DNA of 64,000 bases from Candidatus Cloacimonadales bacterium (GCA_963674825.1 OY771587.1:2976001-3040000), one strand, 5' to 3'. Positions 9,606-20,434 are shown, numbered from the stretch's first letter. Notes: generated by a model from the sequence alone, not told the origin. Translations and numbers: made by a program.

Positions 9606-11120
9606 TTACCGCAGCACCTTGCGCATGAACGTAACCGTGAACACCGACATCAGGAACAGGCCAAGAAAGCCTTCGAGGCCGCTTGCAAGCCTGAGCCATC
9701 CCGTTGTAGGGAAAACATCCCCGTATCCGATGGTGAGGAACGTTATCGCGCTGTAATACAAAGAGTATCCGAACTTAATCAGCCAATCTACTCTGAATTC
9801 AAGCTGGTTCTCACTGATCAATGATGATATCTTGCATACGTAATTTGTTGGTATATCTTTAAGTAGGTCATTAGCCCGGGAACAGTAGATTATCGCGGAT
9901 AAAAACCACACTAAAATCATCGACATAATTGCATTGATAGGTTTTGTACCGTATCCAGAAATCTTGCCAAACCAGAAACGTATGAAATCATATTTGAATC
10001 GCGCTTTGATCCAATTCCAGATGCCGGGCTTCCGACCATAATAATCGCTTCTAACCTGATGGTCTCTATAACATACATAGGCTTCGTCTTCATCATCGTA
10101 TCGCCCCATTTTGCGGAAGTTTTCCTTGAGAAGAAGGGCCGTTTCGGCGGCACGGCGATGCTTGGCTGAATTTGTGTATTGCCATTGATCGTCTTGATCT
10201 GTTTGTCTCTGGTCCATGATGGCTTCGATTGCTTTTTCTAGGTTGTTTTCTTTCCATTTTATTCTGATTAACTCATGATTGGTACAATCCTCGAATTCAA
10301 TGACTTCAATCTCAGTTTCAGTAAAATCAACATCATCATAAAAATAACACTTATGGAATCTTACAGAATTTACTTTCTCTACTGTGAAGTCAAGTAGCCT
10401 CTTCCACGTCATTGACTCGAACAATGCTCGGTTGATTTGCGCATTTGAGAAGCTCATGTTACTCCTTCTGAGCTGCATTTTAACAAAATAGACTATACTT
10501 GCGTCAAATTGAGTATCGTTAAACTGGATATTAGAGCTTAACAAGATAGTGCCTCTGAAGGTGATTTCACTGCTATAGAATTGTGCATCTTGAAAATCTA
10601 AATCTGATTGGATAAACAGGGCTTGGTCGAAGTTTACAGTTCCATTCCTGAAGCAGGAGAAGTAGAAATTCACGCATGAATTCTGAAAGCTAGTATTTTC
10701 AAAGCTCACATCACCGTTGCCAAAATTTGCGAGAGCAAATCGCACTTCTCCATTCGCAAATTGAGCTTCAGTGAAATCTATTCCTCCATCACTCATATAC
10801 GCTTTCATAAAATCGATACCACCATCGAAAAAAGCGCTTCTAGCATCGGATAAGTCTACATGACAGAAGCCTTCAACTCCTTCCCAACATAAAGACAGGT
10901 TCTTGATATAACATCGATTTAAACTGACATGCTTCTCTTGGAGAATATCATCTAGAACAGTTTCATTGGTTGTATAGTGATATTTTTTACTGCCCAATAT
11001 CCTGTTTTGGTCATCGAAGAAACGTAAAGTAATCCACCATTTGAATCGTTTGCCATCCTCTTTCCTGATATGTGGCTTGCGAACTCGCTTACCGACTTCA
11101 TATCGTACCCATCTTGCCAT
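9606..11120 (-). CDS. Pentapeptide-repeat protein fused to a two-TM potassium channel domain
   Basis: F-x-x-A-x-F repeats; YYSAITFLTIGYGD pore signature followed by a TM helix. Confidence 0.85.
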   Translation of the reverse strand: MARWVRYEVGKRVRKPHIRKEDGKRFKWWITLRFFDDQNRILGSKKYHYTTNETVLDDILQEKHVSLNRCYIKNLSLCWEGVEGFCHVDLSDARSAFFDGGIDFMKAYMSDGGIDFTEAQFANGEVRFALANFGNGDVSFENTSFQNSCVNFYFSCFRNGTVNFDQALFIQSDLDFQDAQFYSSEITFRGTILLSSNIQFNDTQFDASIVYFVKMQLRRSNMSFSNAQINRALFESMTWKRLLDFTVEKVNSVRFHKCYFYDDVDFTETEIEVIEFEDCTNHELIRIKWKENNLEKAIEAIMDQRQTDQDDQWQYTNSAKHRRAAETALLLKENFRKMGRYDDEDEAYVCYRDHQVRSDYYGRKPGIWNWIKARFKYDFIRFWFGKISGYGTKPINAIMSMILVWFLSAIIYCSRANDLLKDIPTNYVCKISSLISENQLEFRVDWLIKFGYSLYYSAITFLTIGYGDVFPTTGWLRLASGLEGFLGLFLMSVFTVTFMRKVLR

Positions 11121-11183
11121 AATCTTCTCTCCGGGATGTTTTCGCTTTTCTTAATGCAGGGTTTTCTTATGTCAATGTTTTTC

Positions 11184-11358
11184 AAACTCACCCCCAGCCC
11201 CTCTCTTGGAATCAAGAGAGGGGAGTAGAGAGGATGGTGCAGGTGACAGATGAAGCGATATCGTAAATTTTCATTCCCATCGTATTTATATCGATTGCAG
11301 AATCTTACATGGACGTACCCCTCTCTTTTTTTCAAAGAGAGGGGACAGGGGAGAGTTT
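11184..11358. repeat. Inverted pair of ~43-bp palindromic repeats (REP-dimer/MITE-like)
   Basis: 11184-11227 and the reverse complement of 11316-11358 both read AAACTC-x-CCCC...CCCCTCTCT-N-AGAGAGGGG. Confidence 0.75.
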
Positions 11359-11373
11359 CCCCCAAAAAATAAT

Positions 11374-11422
11374 TTGACATCCGGAACCCATTGAAATATC
11401 TTGTTTGTGAGTGTTAACTAAC
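11374..11422 (+). promoter_or_regulatory. Sigma70-type promoter of tetR with adjacent operator
   Basis: TTGACA-17-TATCTT followed directly by the imperfect palindrome GTTTGTGAGTGTTAACTAAC. Confidence 0.7.
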
Positions 11423-11544
11423 CATTTTCGGCTTTGACGCAGTCAAAACGAAAACATGAGCGTTGTGAGTTCGCGTAGCGAATTCATGTTAGTGGATCGT
11501 CGGCTTTCACACAGTGAAAACGAAATAGCGAAAGTGGAGTATAC

Positions 11545-12126
11545 ATGGAACTGACCGAACGACAGACAGAGATCATCGAAAAGGCCGTCGAGCTTATCGC
11601 GGAAAGCAGCGTGATGAACCTGACCATCAAGAACCTGGCAAAGGCGATCGGATTCTCCGAGCCGGCGCTGTACCGTCACTTCGAGAGCAAGAAGGAGATC
11701 CTCGCGACCATTATCCGGCGCTTTGAGGACACGATGGATGGTTTCCACGAGGAGATCGAGCATCGCAACCTCACCGGCATCGACAAGCTCGATTCCTTCT
11801 TCGCCATGCGGTTCCGCTATTTCATGGACAACCCGAACTGGGCCAACGTGCTCATGTGCGAGGCCAATTTCAAAATGGACGCCGAGCTCACCCACATGAT
11901 GCTCGACATGATGAAACAACATCGCATGTTCGTCCGAAGCTGCCTGCAGCAAGCAATCAAGGAACATCAAATCCGAACCGATCTGGCGTTCGACCACGTC
12001 TTCATGCTGACCGTTGGCGCACTTCGTCTGTTGGTCACGCGCTGGACGCTGGAAAATCAGCAATTCAATCTTGTGGATGAGGGCAAGGCCCTGATCCAGT
12101 CACTACGGATTCTTTTGAAAAGCTAA
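11545..12126 (+). CDS. TetR/AcrR family transcriptional regulator
   Basis: N-terminal HTH TIKNLAKAIGFSEPALYRHFESK. Confidence 0.92.
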   Translation: MELTERQTEIIEKAVELIAESSVMNLTIKNLAKAIGFSEPALYRHFESKKEILATIIRRFEDTMDGFHEEIEHRNLTGIDKLDSFFAMRFRYFMDNPNWANVLMCEANFKMDAELTHMMLDMMKQHRMFVRSCLQQAIKEHQIRTDLAFDHVFMLTVGALRLLVTRWTLENQQFNLVDEGKALIQSLRILLKS

Positions 12127-12168
12127 AAAAACAAGGGGTGAACGCCGCTTTTTACTTGGCGGAGTCAT

Positions 12169-12188
12169 GTTAGTGAGCGTTCACTCGC
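12169..12188. promoter_or_regulatory. Second putative TetR operator
   Basis: GTTAGTGAGCGTTCACTCGC, a near-palindrome matching 11403-11422, just upstream of the RBS. Confidence 0.65.
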
Positions 12189-12202
12189 ATAAAGAGGATG
12201 CT

Positions 12203-13024
12203 ATGAAACGAAAAATCATATCGATCGATGAAAAGCTCTGCAACGGCTGCGGCCTCTGCATACCAGGGTGCCCGGAAGGCGCGTTGCAGCTCATCGACGG
12301 CAAAGCACGCCTGGTTGGCGACTATCTTTGCGACGGCCTCGGGGCTTGCATCGGGGAGTGTCCGCAGGGTGCGATCACCATCGAAGAACGCGAAGCGCAG
12401 CCTTATGACGAGCGCACGGTGATCCAGTCCATTATCGAGGCTGGCCCGGCGACCATCAAGGCGCATCTGCAACACCTCAAGGATCATGGCGAACTGGTCT
12501 ATCTCTCGCAAGCGCTGGAAGCGCTCCGGGAGAAGGGGATCGAGATCCCGCAGTTGGAGAACAAGTCATGCAGCGTCGAGGGTGGTTGCCCGGGCAGCGC
12601 GACGAAGAAGATCGAGCCTGTGACGTCGCCCGAACCGGCGTCGAATCAGCCCATGCCGTCCATGCTACGCACCTGGCCCGTGCAGTTGCACCTGATCAAC
12701 CCTTCCGCGCCGTATCTTCACAACGCGGATCTGCTCATCAGTGCCGACTGCGTGCCGTTCGCGTACGCCGATTTTCATCGCAAGTTTGTGAAAGACAAGG
12801 TCGTGATCACGCTCTGTCCCAAGCTGGACACGGGCATCGACCGTTACATCGAAAAGCTGGCGGAGATCTTCCGCACGCAGGACATCAAATCGCTGACCAT
12901 CGTTCGCATGGAGGTTCCATGCTGCGGCGGGATCGAAGTGATTGTCCGCAAAGCGCTGGAACTCGCCGGCAAGACGATTTTCGTCAGATTACACATTGTA
13001 ACCATAAACGGAAACCTATCCTAA
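12203..13024 (+). CDS. 4Fe-4S dicluster protein (hcp-associated)
   Basis: CNGCGLCxxx[35 protein letters not shown]. Confidence 0.88.
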   Translation: MKRKIISIDEKLCNGCGLCIPGCPEGALQLIDGKARLVGDYLCDGLGACIGECPQGAITIEEREAQPYDERTVIQSIIEAGPATIKAHLQHLKDHGELVYLSQALEALREKGIEIPQLENKSCSVEGGCPGSATKKIEPVTSPEPASNQPMPSMLRTWPVQLHLINPSAPYLHNADLLISADCVPFAYADFHRKFVKDKVVITLCPKLDTGIDRYIEKLAEIFRTQDIKSLTIVRMEVPCCGGIEVIVRKALELAGKTIFVRLHIVTINGNLS

Positions 13025-13034
13025 GGAGGAACCT

Positions 13035-14660
13035 ATGTTCTGTTATCAGTGTCAAGAAACAGCCGGAAATAAGGGCTGTCGATTCGCCAAGGGCGTCTGC
13101 GGTAAACCCGCGGAAGCTTCAGACATGATGGATTTATTGATCTACACGCTCAAGGGCATTGCCGTTATCCAGGAGAAATCGGGTCAGCCGATCGAATCCG
13201 AGACAGGCAAGTTCTTCATGGTCTCGCTTTTCAAGACCATCACCAACGCCAATTTCGATCGCGACGATCTGCTGGCACAAATTCGCTACGCTGTCGTTCT
13301 GCGCGACGGCTTGAAGAAAAAGTACGGCATCTCGGACAATCTACCGGACTGCGCCATGTGGTATGAGGAAGACGAAGCGGCGATCATCGCGAAGTCACAG
13401 ACCGTGGGAGTCCTGGACACCGAGAACGAGGATATACGCTCTCTGCGCGAATTGATCATCTATGGCGTCAAAGGTATCAGTGCATATGGCGAACATGCCG
13501 CGGTGCTGGGCCATGAAAATCCCGATATCTACAGCTTCATCGTGGAAGCGCTTGCTGCCACGACGAAAGATCTTTCGGTAGACGCACTGGTCGCGCTCAC
13601 GATGAGGACAGGTGAGGTGGCCGTGAGCACTATGGCCCTGCTGGATCAGGCCAACACCGAGACCTACGGCAACCCCGAGCTCACGAAGGTCAATATCGGT
13701 GTTCGCGGAAATCCCGGTATCCTCATCTCCGGGCATGACTTGAAGGACATGCAGGAGCTGCTTGAGCAAACCGAAGGCACCGGCGTGGATGTTTACACCC
13801 ACAGCGAGATGCTACCGGCGAATTACTACCCGGCATTCAAGAAGTACGAGCATTTCGTAGGTAACTACGGTAATGCATGGTGGAAGCAGAACGAGGAATT
13901 CGAGTCGTTCAACGGCCCCATCCTGATGACCACTAACTGCATCGTGCCGGTGAAGGATTCCTACAAGGATCGCATCTTCACCACCGGGATCGTGGGCTAC
14001 CCCGGCGTGAAACACATTCCAAATCGCGCAGAAGGCGGAAAGAAGGATTTCTCTGAAATCATCGCACTGGCCAAGACATGCGCTGCTCCGACGGAGATCG
14101 AGACCGGTGAGATTGTCGGTGGATTCGCGCATCATCAGGTAATGCAACTGGCGGACAAGGTCGTGGACGCGGTGAAATCCGGAGCGATCAAGCGTTTTGT
14201 GGTTATGGCGGGTTGCGACGGCAGGTTCCCGTCACGCAATTACTTTACCGATGTTGCCGAAGCGCTTCCGAAAGACGCTGTCATCCTAACGGCTGGTTGC
14301 GCCAAGTATCGCTACAACAAGCTCGATCTGGGCGATATTGGCGGTATTCCGCGCGTGCTTGATGCCGGACAGTGCAACGACTCCTATTCGCTGGCGGTTA
14401 TCGCGCTCAAACTCAAGGAAGTCTTTGGGCTGGAGGATATCAACGATCTACCCATCTCATTCGACATCGCCTGGTACGAACAGAAGGCTGTCGCGGTGCT
14501 GCTGGCGCTGCTCTTCCTCGGCGTGAAGGGTATCCGCCTCGGGCCGACCCTTCCGGCTTTCCTCTCGCCTAATGTGGCTAAGGTGCTGGTCGAAAACTTT
14601 GATATAAAGCCCATCGGTGATGTCCAGTCGGATGTCGAAGCGATGATGGCTGGGAAATAA
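13035..14660 (+). CDS. hcp: Hybrid cluster protein (hydroxylamine reductase)
   Basis: MFCYQCQET...C...VCGK, SGHDL, HSEMLP, TTNC, GCDG, GQCNDS, WYEQKA. Confidence 0.97.
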   Translation: MFCYQCQETAGNKGCRFAKGVCGKPAEASDMMDLLIYTLKGIAVIQEKSGQPIESETGKFFMVSLFKTITNANFDRDDLLAQIRYAVVLRDGLKKKYGISDNLPDCAMWYEEDEAAIIAKSQTVGVLDTENEDIRSLRELIIYGVKGISAYGEHAAVLGHENPDIYSFIVEALAATTKDLSVDALVALTMRTGEVAVSTMALLDQANTETYGNPELTKVNIGVRGNPGILISGHDLKDMQELLEQTEGTGVDVYTHSEMLPANYYPAFKKYEHFVGNYGNAWWKQNEEFESFNGPILMTTNCIVPVKDSYKDRIFTTGIVGYPGVKHIPNRAEGGKKDFSEIIALAKTCAAPTEIETGEIVGGFAHHQVMQLADKVVDAVKSGAIKRFVVMAGCDGRFPSRNYFTDVAEALPKDAVILTAGCAKYRYNKLDLGDIGGIPRVLDAGQCNDSYSLAVIALKLKEVFGLEDINDLPISFDIAWYEQKAVAVLLALLFLGVKGIRLGPTLPAFLSPNVAKVLVENFDIKPIGDVQSDVEAMMAGK

Positions 14661-14680
14661 TGAAGAAACATCCTCAAGCG

Positions 14681-14718
14681 CGTTCTCCCTTCTACGGGAG
14701 AACGTGGGAGGATGAGGG
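14681..14718. repeat. Palindromic intergenic repeat copy / stem-loop after hcp
   Basis: CGTTCTCCC-TTCTAC-GGGAGAACG followed by GGATGAGGG. Confidence 0.55.
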
Positions 14719-14733
14719 ATAAAGGATAAATAA

Positions 14734-15072
14734 ATGAAAATCAACACATACAAAATGGCGAAGTTGCTGGATACGCCACATAAGGTGAAGGTAAGCAAGC
14801 TGCACGATTCTGAACATGCGCAAGTGGTGCACATCACGCTGGAACCGGGTGAATCGCTGATCCGGCACATTACACCGGTGGACGTCGTATTCTACGTGCT
14901 GGAAGGAACCGGGGTTGTAGATATTGGCGAGGAGAGCCTTCAAGTAGTTCAGGACACGTTGATCGAAAGCCCGAAGATGGTACCGCATTGCTGGCACAAT
15001 ATGTCGGATAGAACGCTTCGTATTCTGGTTTTGAAAACACCCAGGCCAACCGAGTCGTCAAAGCTGTTATAG
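14734..15072 (+). CDS. Cupin domain protein
   Basis: LEPGE...H...FYVLEGTG...PHCW-x-N. Confidence 0.85.
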   Translation: MKINTYKMAKLLDTPHKVKVSKLHDSEHAQVVHITLEPGESLIRHITPVDVVFYVLEGTGVVDIGEESLQVVQDTLIESPKMVPHCWHNMSDRTLRILVLKTPRPTESSKLL

Positions 15073-15093
15073 CAATGATATGTTGGAAAGCAC

Positions 15094-15130
15094 ATACAGG
15101 CACGTCGAATCGATGTGCCTGTATTTTTTT
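15094..15130 (+). terminator. Rho-independent terminator
   Basis: ATACAGGCAC/GTGCCTGTAT stem plus T-tract. Confidence 0.8.
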
Positions 15131-15207
15131 AACGGGTTTCTGATTATAAACTGCTTGACACGAGTGATGTTAGACAGTTAAATCAGTTAAATTGAACAGG
15201 AGGTATC

Positions 15208-15381
15208 ATGGCTTTCAAGATCAGAAAAGACGAATGCATCAACTGTGGCGCATGCGAAGTAGTCTGTCCGGTTGAAGCAATCTCCGAGGTTGATGGGAAG
15301 CGTTGGATCGATCCGTCGAAATGCGTCGATTGTGGTGCATGTGCAGCGGAATGCCCGGTCAATTGTATCGATTCTCCCTAA
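15208..15381 (+). CDS. 2x[4Fe-4S] ferredoxin, 57 aa (missing from the supplied ORF track)
   Basis: Translated by hand: MAFKIRKDECINCGACEVVCPVEAISEVDGKRWIDPSKCVDCGACAAECPVNCIDSP; AGGAGG RBS; TTGACA upstream. Confidence 0.93.
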   Translation: MAFKIRKDECINCGACEVVCPVEAISEVDGKRWIDPSKCVDCGACAAECPVNCIDSP

Positions 15382-15402
15382 TTGATTTTTAGTTGCTATG
15401 AG

Positions 15403-15432
15403 AAGCCCCAGAAACTCTTACTGGGGCTTTTT
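15403..15432 (+). terminator. Rho-independent terminator
   Basis: AAGCCCCAG/CTGGGGCTT plus T-tract. Confidence 0.8.
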
Positions 15433-15540
15433 CTATAACGATAATTCTCACCGTCATTTAGAAATTGATTCTTAAAAAGTAAAATTCTTGACAGGCATTC
15501 ATTATTCTGACTCTCAATGACTGCAATGAAGGAGGTTACT

Positions 15541-18500
15541 ATGATGCGTTGCCCTTTAATTGCCGTTTTCCTCATCTTTTCTGTTTATCTTATCGCTGAT
15601 GGTGTTCAGCCTACCGGTTCGGGCACATTGGCGAGTCCATATCAGATATCCACAATTAGTAATCTACAGTGGGTAAGTACGAATAATACATCCTGGTCAA
15701 AACACTTTGAGCAAACATCGGATATCGATGCCTCCACGACATCTACCTGGAACAGTGGTGCCGGATTTTCTCCAATTGGAGACGGTACAACTTCGTTCAC
15801 CGGGGTTTACGACGGTGGCAATCACATTATCAGTAACTTGTTCATCGATCGTGATGCGAACGATCAGGGTTTCTTTGGTCGCACTGATGGAGCGACAATT
15901 ACAGACCTGGGAATCGTCGGTTGCTCGATTACGGGTAGTACCCGAACGGGTGCTCTGGCCTCACTTTGTATTGGGTCAACCAGTATTCAGAGGTGTTACA
16001 GCACTGGAAGCGTGACCGGTTCGTCCACAACGGGCGGGTTAGTTGGATTTCTTCGCTACAGCAGTGAGATCCATGAATCGTATAGCACATGTTCGATAAC
16101 CTCGGGCCAATCCACAGGCGGTCTTGTCGGTAAAACGAATAATAGCGCATTAATTGAATGTAGTTATTCGCGTGGAACCGTAACCGGTTCGAGTTATGTC
16201 GGAGGTCTTGTAGGTGAAAATCAGGCGTCAAATGTTTATTTCTGTTACAGTACGGGGTTGGTTAACGGATCGGTTATAGTCGGTGGACTCATAGGATATA
16301 CGGATAACCTTACCATCATTAACTGTGTGTGGGATATTGATTCATCTGGCCAGTCAACAAGCCAGGGAGGAATTGGACTCAATACTGACGCTATGAAAGA
16401 AATGGACGTCTATACATCTCTTTCATGGGATTTCATGGTGGAAACCAGTGATGGAACCAATGACAACTGGGGTATGAATGGCCTGTATAATGACGGATAC
16501 CCGTTCCTGGCATGGCAAGGGTACGAACATTTTCCTCCTGCGGGAACGGAACCGATCGGTGAAGGTATAAGCTCGAATCCATATATAGTCTCGAATCTCG
16601 ATAATCTTCTTTGGGCAAGCTCTCATGTCGAATCTTGGGATAAATTCTTCCGCATGGCCTCGAACGTAGATGCAACCGACACTTACTTATGGCTGGACGG
16701 CGATGGCTTCAGGCCGATTGGAAACATCAGCATGCCGTTTACTGGCACCTTCGACGGGAACGAGTACCGGATATCGAATCTGCATATCGATCGGCCCGAT
16801 GATAGCTACCAGGGATTGTTCGGTGTTGCTCAGAGTGCAGCAATCTATGACCTGCGGGTGACGAATGTTTATATCAACGGCTATAATCGTGTTGGTGCAC
16901 TGATTGGATCGGTTACCGGGTCGTATGTGCTCCGGTGTAGATCGACTGGTGATGTTATTGGTTATAATACCAGAATTGGCGGTCTAATCGGTCAGGTAGG
17001 ATCATCTTCTGAAATCGAGGAATGCTCCTCGAGCTGTTCGGTTGACGGGCTCAACGAAACTGGCGGATTGATTGGCAGGTTTATGAATTCTACTCTCGTT
17101 TCTTCCTATGCCACTGGTTCTGTAGAAGGTACTTTCGATGGTGGTGGCCTCATCGGTGTAGCGAGTAACGGAGCGCATGTCGATAACTGCTACGCGACCG
17201 GACCGGTAGAAGCAGCAAATGGTGCTGCCGGACTTATCTCTGTAATAAACGATACGAACGTGTCGTCCTGCTATTGCATGAACACGGTAGAGAGCGATAA
17301 CGTGAGGGCCGGCGGATTTGCTGGCATCGTGGAAGGCACTTCGCAAGTCTCGAACTGCTTCAACCAGGGAACCATCAACCTGACCAACATCGTGATTGGC
17401 GGTTTCGCTGCACAGATTTCCGAAACGGCCGTTATCGAAGATTGCTACTCAGTATGCGCGATGAATGGTAGCAGTTCAGAAGTCGGTGGCTTTGTTGGCG
17501 AGATATTCGATACACCGGATATCTTCAATTGTTTTTGGGACGAGGATGTTTCAGGAATAACCTCCAGCGCTGGCGGAACTGGGATGACCACTACCGATAT
17601 GCAGCTAATGGACACATATTATCTGGCCGGATGGGATTTCATCGATGAATTTTACAACGGCAGTGACAATTATTGGGGCTTGAATGCGTCTGAGAATGGT
17701 GGCTATCCGTTCCTTTCCTGGCAGGGTTACGAGCATACAACCGGAAGCCCCGAAATGCCGGAAGGCTCGGGTACGGAAGCTGATCCATATCTGATCGGAT
17801 CAGCAAAGCACATCATCTGGCTTGCAAATTCTCCCAGCTATTGGAGTGCTTACTTCCAGCAAATTGCAACGATCGATCTCAGCGATTGTTCGACCTGTGC
17901 TCCCATCGGAAATGCAGAAACGCATTTCACCGGAAGCTATGAAGGGCAGAGCTACCTGATTACTGGTTTCAGTATCAATTCAACCGATACTGAGCAGGGT
18001 TTCTTTGGTGTGCTGGAGAACGCGCAGATCGACAACGTCATGCTAGTCGAAGTCGAAGTTATAGGTGGAGAGAGCTCCGCAGGGCTTGTCGGTCATGCGA
18101 TTACATCTGTAATAGATAATTGCTATGTCAGTGGTGCGGTATCATCGTCAGATCTACAACTGGGATTGCTGGCAGGTTTGGTAGAGGGTGGATCGATTAT
18201 AGACTGTATCACAACCGGATCTGTTGACGGTGATGAAAACACCGGCGGTTTGATTGGCTTCATTGATGACGGTACGGTCACAGGTTGTTCCAGCGATGTC
18301 GATGTTACCGGAACAGACAACACTGGTGGTATGATCGGCAGAGCATTGGGCTACAATCTTAGTCGTGAATTCAGCCTTGTAATATCCGATTGTTTCTGCA
18401 CGGGTTCGGTTTCCGCCAATACACCAGGTGGATTCATCGGACTTGGGCGCAGGTTAGATATTGAGCGTTGCTCTTCCTCGATGGATATCACTTCAGTCAG

Positions 18501-20382
18501 CACTGCTGGCGGATTTGCCGGCTCGACCAGTGGGGCTGTCAATTTTACAGATTGCTATAGCCTTGGAAGCATCACTTCCCCTGCAAATTTATCGGGTGGA
18601 TTCATGTATTGTCCCGATTCGAATAATGTATTCAGACGCTGCTATAGCGCTTGTACACTAACAAACAGCGGAAGTGGATTCGTTCATGCATTCATGACGC
18701 CCTGCACATTCAACCAGTGTTACTGGGACAAGGAATTCATGAACACGGAGAGCAGTGCGAATGGAACGGGCTTAAATACTGCCGAGATGAAGACTTATAT
18801 GACTTTCTATCTCAAAGGCTGGGATATGATGGACGAATCGGATAATGGTTCAGAGGAAATCTGGGGTGTCAATTCAGCAGACAATGATGGCTACCCATTC
18901 CTGAGTTGCCAGGGTTATACCAATTCCAATAGCGGTCTTCCGCTTGGAACCGGTACTTCTTCGGATCCATATCAGATCGCTGATTATACGCATCTCTACT
19001 GGCTCAGCGAAAAAACCGATGTCTGGAACGATTACTTCGTTCAGACTGCGGATATCGATGCTTCACAACTGGCATCATTCAATGATTCGGAAGGCATGAA
19101 TTCAATCGGTAACTCTGCCGGGTATTTCACGGGCACCTATGATGGTCAAGACTTTGTAATCGATGGTCTTACGAAAAATCGTCCTTCGGATTATTACGAA
19201 GGTTTGTTTGGCTATATCGTTTTTGGTACAGTTCGTAATATCATCCTGACAAATTGCTCGATTACAGTAGATTCCAATAGCGGTGGAATCGTTGGTAGGA
19301 TCGAAGAAGGGTCTATCGAAGACTGCTATGTATCGGGTACTGTTCATGGCAATGCCTTATATACGGCGGGTATTGCAGGGTTCAGTTATGGTTCCACCAT
19401 CAGCGGCTGTCACAATGCAGCGAATGTGACGTGCGATATCGATTCCGGCGGTATATGCGGCTGGAGTTCCGAGACAACGGTCATCGATTGTATCAATACA
19501 GGTACGATTCAAGGGCTTATGGGCAAGGGTGGTATTTGCGGACACCAGTATGGTGCTGAGATCACTGATTGCTATAATATGGGACAAATTTCGGTAAACC
19601 TCGAAAATGGCGGTGGAGTTGTGGGCTTAGCTATCGACACTGATATCAAGCGTTGCCACAATGCCGGAAGTATCTCCGGTATGACATACATCGGTGGTCT
19701 GGTCGGCCTGGGCGTGACGCATACGACAATCACCAATTGTTACAGCACAGGTTCTGCATCGGGAACCGAGAAAACAGGTGGTTTAATTGGCAGTGGTGAG
19801 GACTATACTACGATCGTCAATTCCTTCAGCACGGGACTCGTCTCCGGAGATACAAACATCGGTGGATTTATCGGGTTCAGAGATAATTGCGGCGTGCAAC
19901 ACTGCTTCTACGATACGCAGACATCCGGTATGTCGTCAAGTGTGGGTGGAACAGGCAAGACAACTGAAGAAATGAAAGACATCGATACGTTCCTCAGCGA
20001 TGGATGGGACTTCATGGGAGAAACTGCAAACGGTACTGATAATCCATGGAAGCTCGACGGTGTGAACAATAGCGGATATCCGCTCCTGGCATCCGAGGAC
20101 GTACCTGCTGTTGCACCTGTTGCTCCGGAAAACATCATCTTCACATTCGATGGAAATCAGGTAAGCTTTACCTGGGATATTGTTCCTTATGTGGATGGAT
20201 ACAGAATATATTCCGGCAGTGCACCCTACGGTATCTTCGGTGAAGAGACCGGTGGAACCTTCGATGACAATAGTTGGACTGCTCCTGCAACTGAAACGCG
20301 CAGGTTTTACAAGCTATGTTCCTACATTGGTGAAGAGACTCGAACCGAGCCGGTGAATCCAGCAAGAAAAGAATCACGGTAG
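15541..20382 (+). CDS. Large secreted GLUG-motif beta-helix protein with four tandem modules and an FN3-like C-terminal module
   Basis: Signal peptide; repeated GGLVG/GGLIG; four PxGxG[TI]xxxPYxI...WD...GYP modules. Confidence 0.85.
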   Translation: MMRCPLIAVFLIFSVYLIADGVQPTGSGTLASPYQISTISNLQWVSTNNTSWSKHFEQTSDIDASTTSTWNSGAGFSPIGDGTTSFTGVYDGGNHIISNLFIDRDANDQGFFGRTDGATITDLGIVGCSITGSTRTGALASLCIGSTSIQRCYSTGSVTGSSTTGGLVGFLRYSSEIHESYSTCSITSGQSTGGLVGKTNNSALIECSYSRGTVTGSSYVGGLVGENQASNVYFCYSTGLVNGSVIVGGLIGYTDNLTIINCVWDIDSSGQSTSQGGIGLNTDAMKEMDVYTSLSWDFMVETSDGTNDNWGMNGLYNDGYPFLAWQGYEHFPPAGTEPIGEGISSNPYIVSNLDNLLWASSHVESWDKFFRMASNVDATDTYLWLDGDGFRPIGNISMPFTGTFDGNEYRISNLHIDRPDDSYQGLFGVAQSAAIYDLRVTNVYINGYNRVGALIGSVTGSYVLRCRSTGDVIGYNTRIGGLIGQVGSSSEIEECSSSCSVDGLNETGGLIGRFMNSTLVSSYATGSVEGTFDGGGLIGVASNGAHVDNCYATGPVEAANGAAGLISVINDTNVSSCYCMNTVESDNVRAGGFAGIVEGTSQVSNCFNQGTINLTNIVIGGFAAQISETAVIEDCYSVCAMNGSSSEVGGFVGEIFDTPDIFNCFWDEDVSGITSSAGGTGMTTTDMQLMDTYYLAGWDFIDEFYNGSDNYWGLNASENGGYPFLSWQGYEHTTGSPEMPEGSGTEADPYLIGSAKHIIWLANSPSYWSAYFQQIATIDLSDCSTCAPIGNAETHFTGSYEGQSYLITGFSINSTDTEQGFFGVLENAQIDNVMLVEVEVIGGESSAGLVGHAITSVIDNCYVSGAVSSSDLQLGLLAGLVEGGSIIDCITTGSVDGDENTGGLIGFIDDGTVTGCSSDVDVTGTDNTGGMIGRALGYNLSREFSLVISDCFCTGSVSANTPGGFIGLGRRLDIERCSSSMDITSVSTAGGFAGSTSGAVNFTDCYSLGSITSPANLSGGFMYCPDSNNVFRRCYSACTLTNSGSGFVHAFMTPCTFNQCYWDKEFMNTESSANGTGLNTAEMKTYMTFYLKGWDMMDESDNGSEEIWGVNSADNDGYPFLSCQGYTNSNSGLPLGTGTSSDPYQIADYTHLYWLSEKTDVWNDYFVQTADIDASQLASFNDSEGMNSIGNSAGYFTGTYDGQDFVIDGLTKNRPSDYYEGLFGYIVFGTVRNIILTNCSITVDSNSGGIVGRIEEGSIEDCYVSGTVHGNALYTAGIAGFSYGSTISGCHNAANVTCDIDSGGICGWSSETTVIDCINTGTIQGLMGKGGICGHQYGAEITDCYNMGQISVNLENGGGVVGLAIDTDIKRCHNAGSISGMTYIGGLVGLGVTHTTITNCYSTGSASGTEKTGGLIGSGEDYTTIVNSFSTGLVSGDTNIGGFIGFRDNCGVQHCFYDTQTSGMSSSVGGTGKTTEEMKDIDTFLSDGWDFMGETANGTDNPWKLDGVNNSGYPLLASEDVPAVAPVAPENIIFTFDGNQVSFTWDIVPYVDGYRIYSGSAPYGIFGEETGGTFDDNSWTAPATETRRFYKLCSYIGEETRTEPVNPARKESR

Positions 20383-20402
20383 ATCACGTAAAAGATACTG
20401 CG

Positions 20403-20434
20403 ATAGCCCCGGATTGAAATTCGGGGCTATTTAT
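20403..20434 (+). terminator. Probable terminator
   Basis: ATAGCCCCG/CGGGGCTAT stem plus AT-rich tail. Confidence 0.65.

Noticed and set aside
8979..9824. 281-aa plus-strand ORF
   Set aside because: Antisense to the wHTH regulator and the channel gene; no motif support
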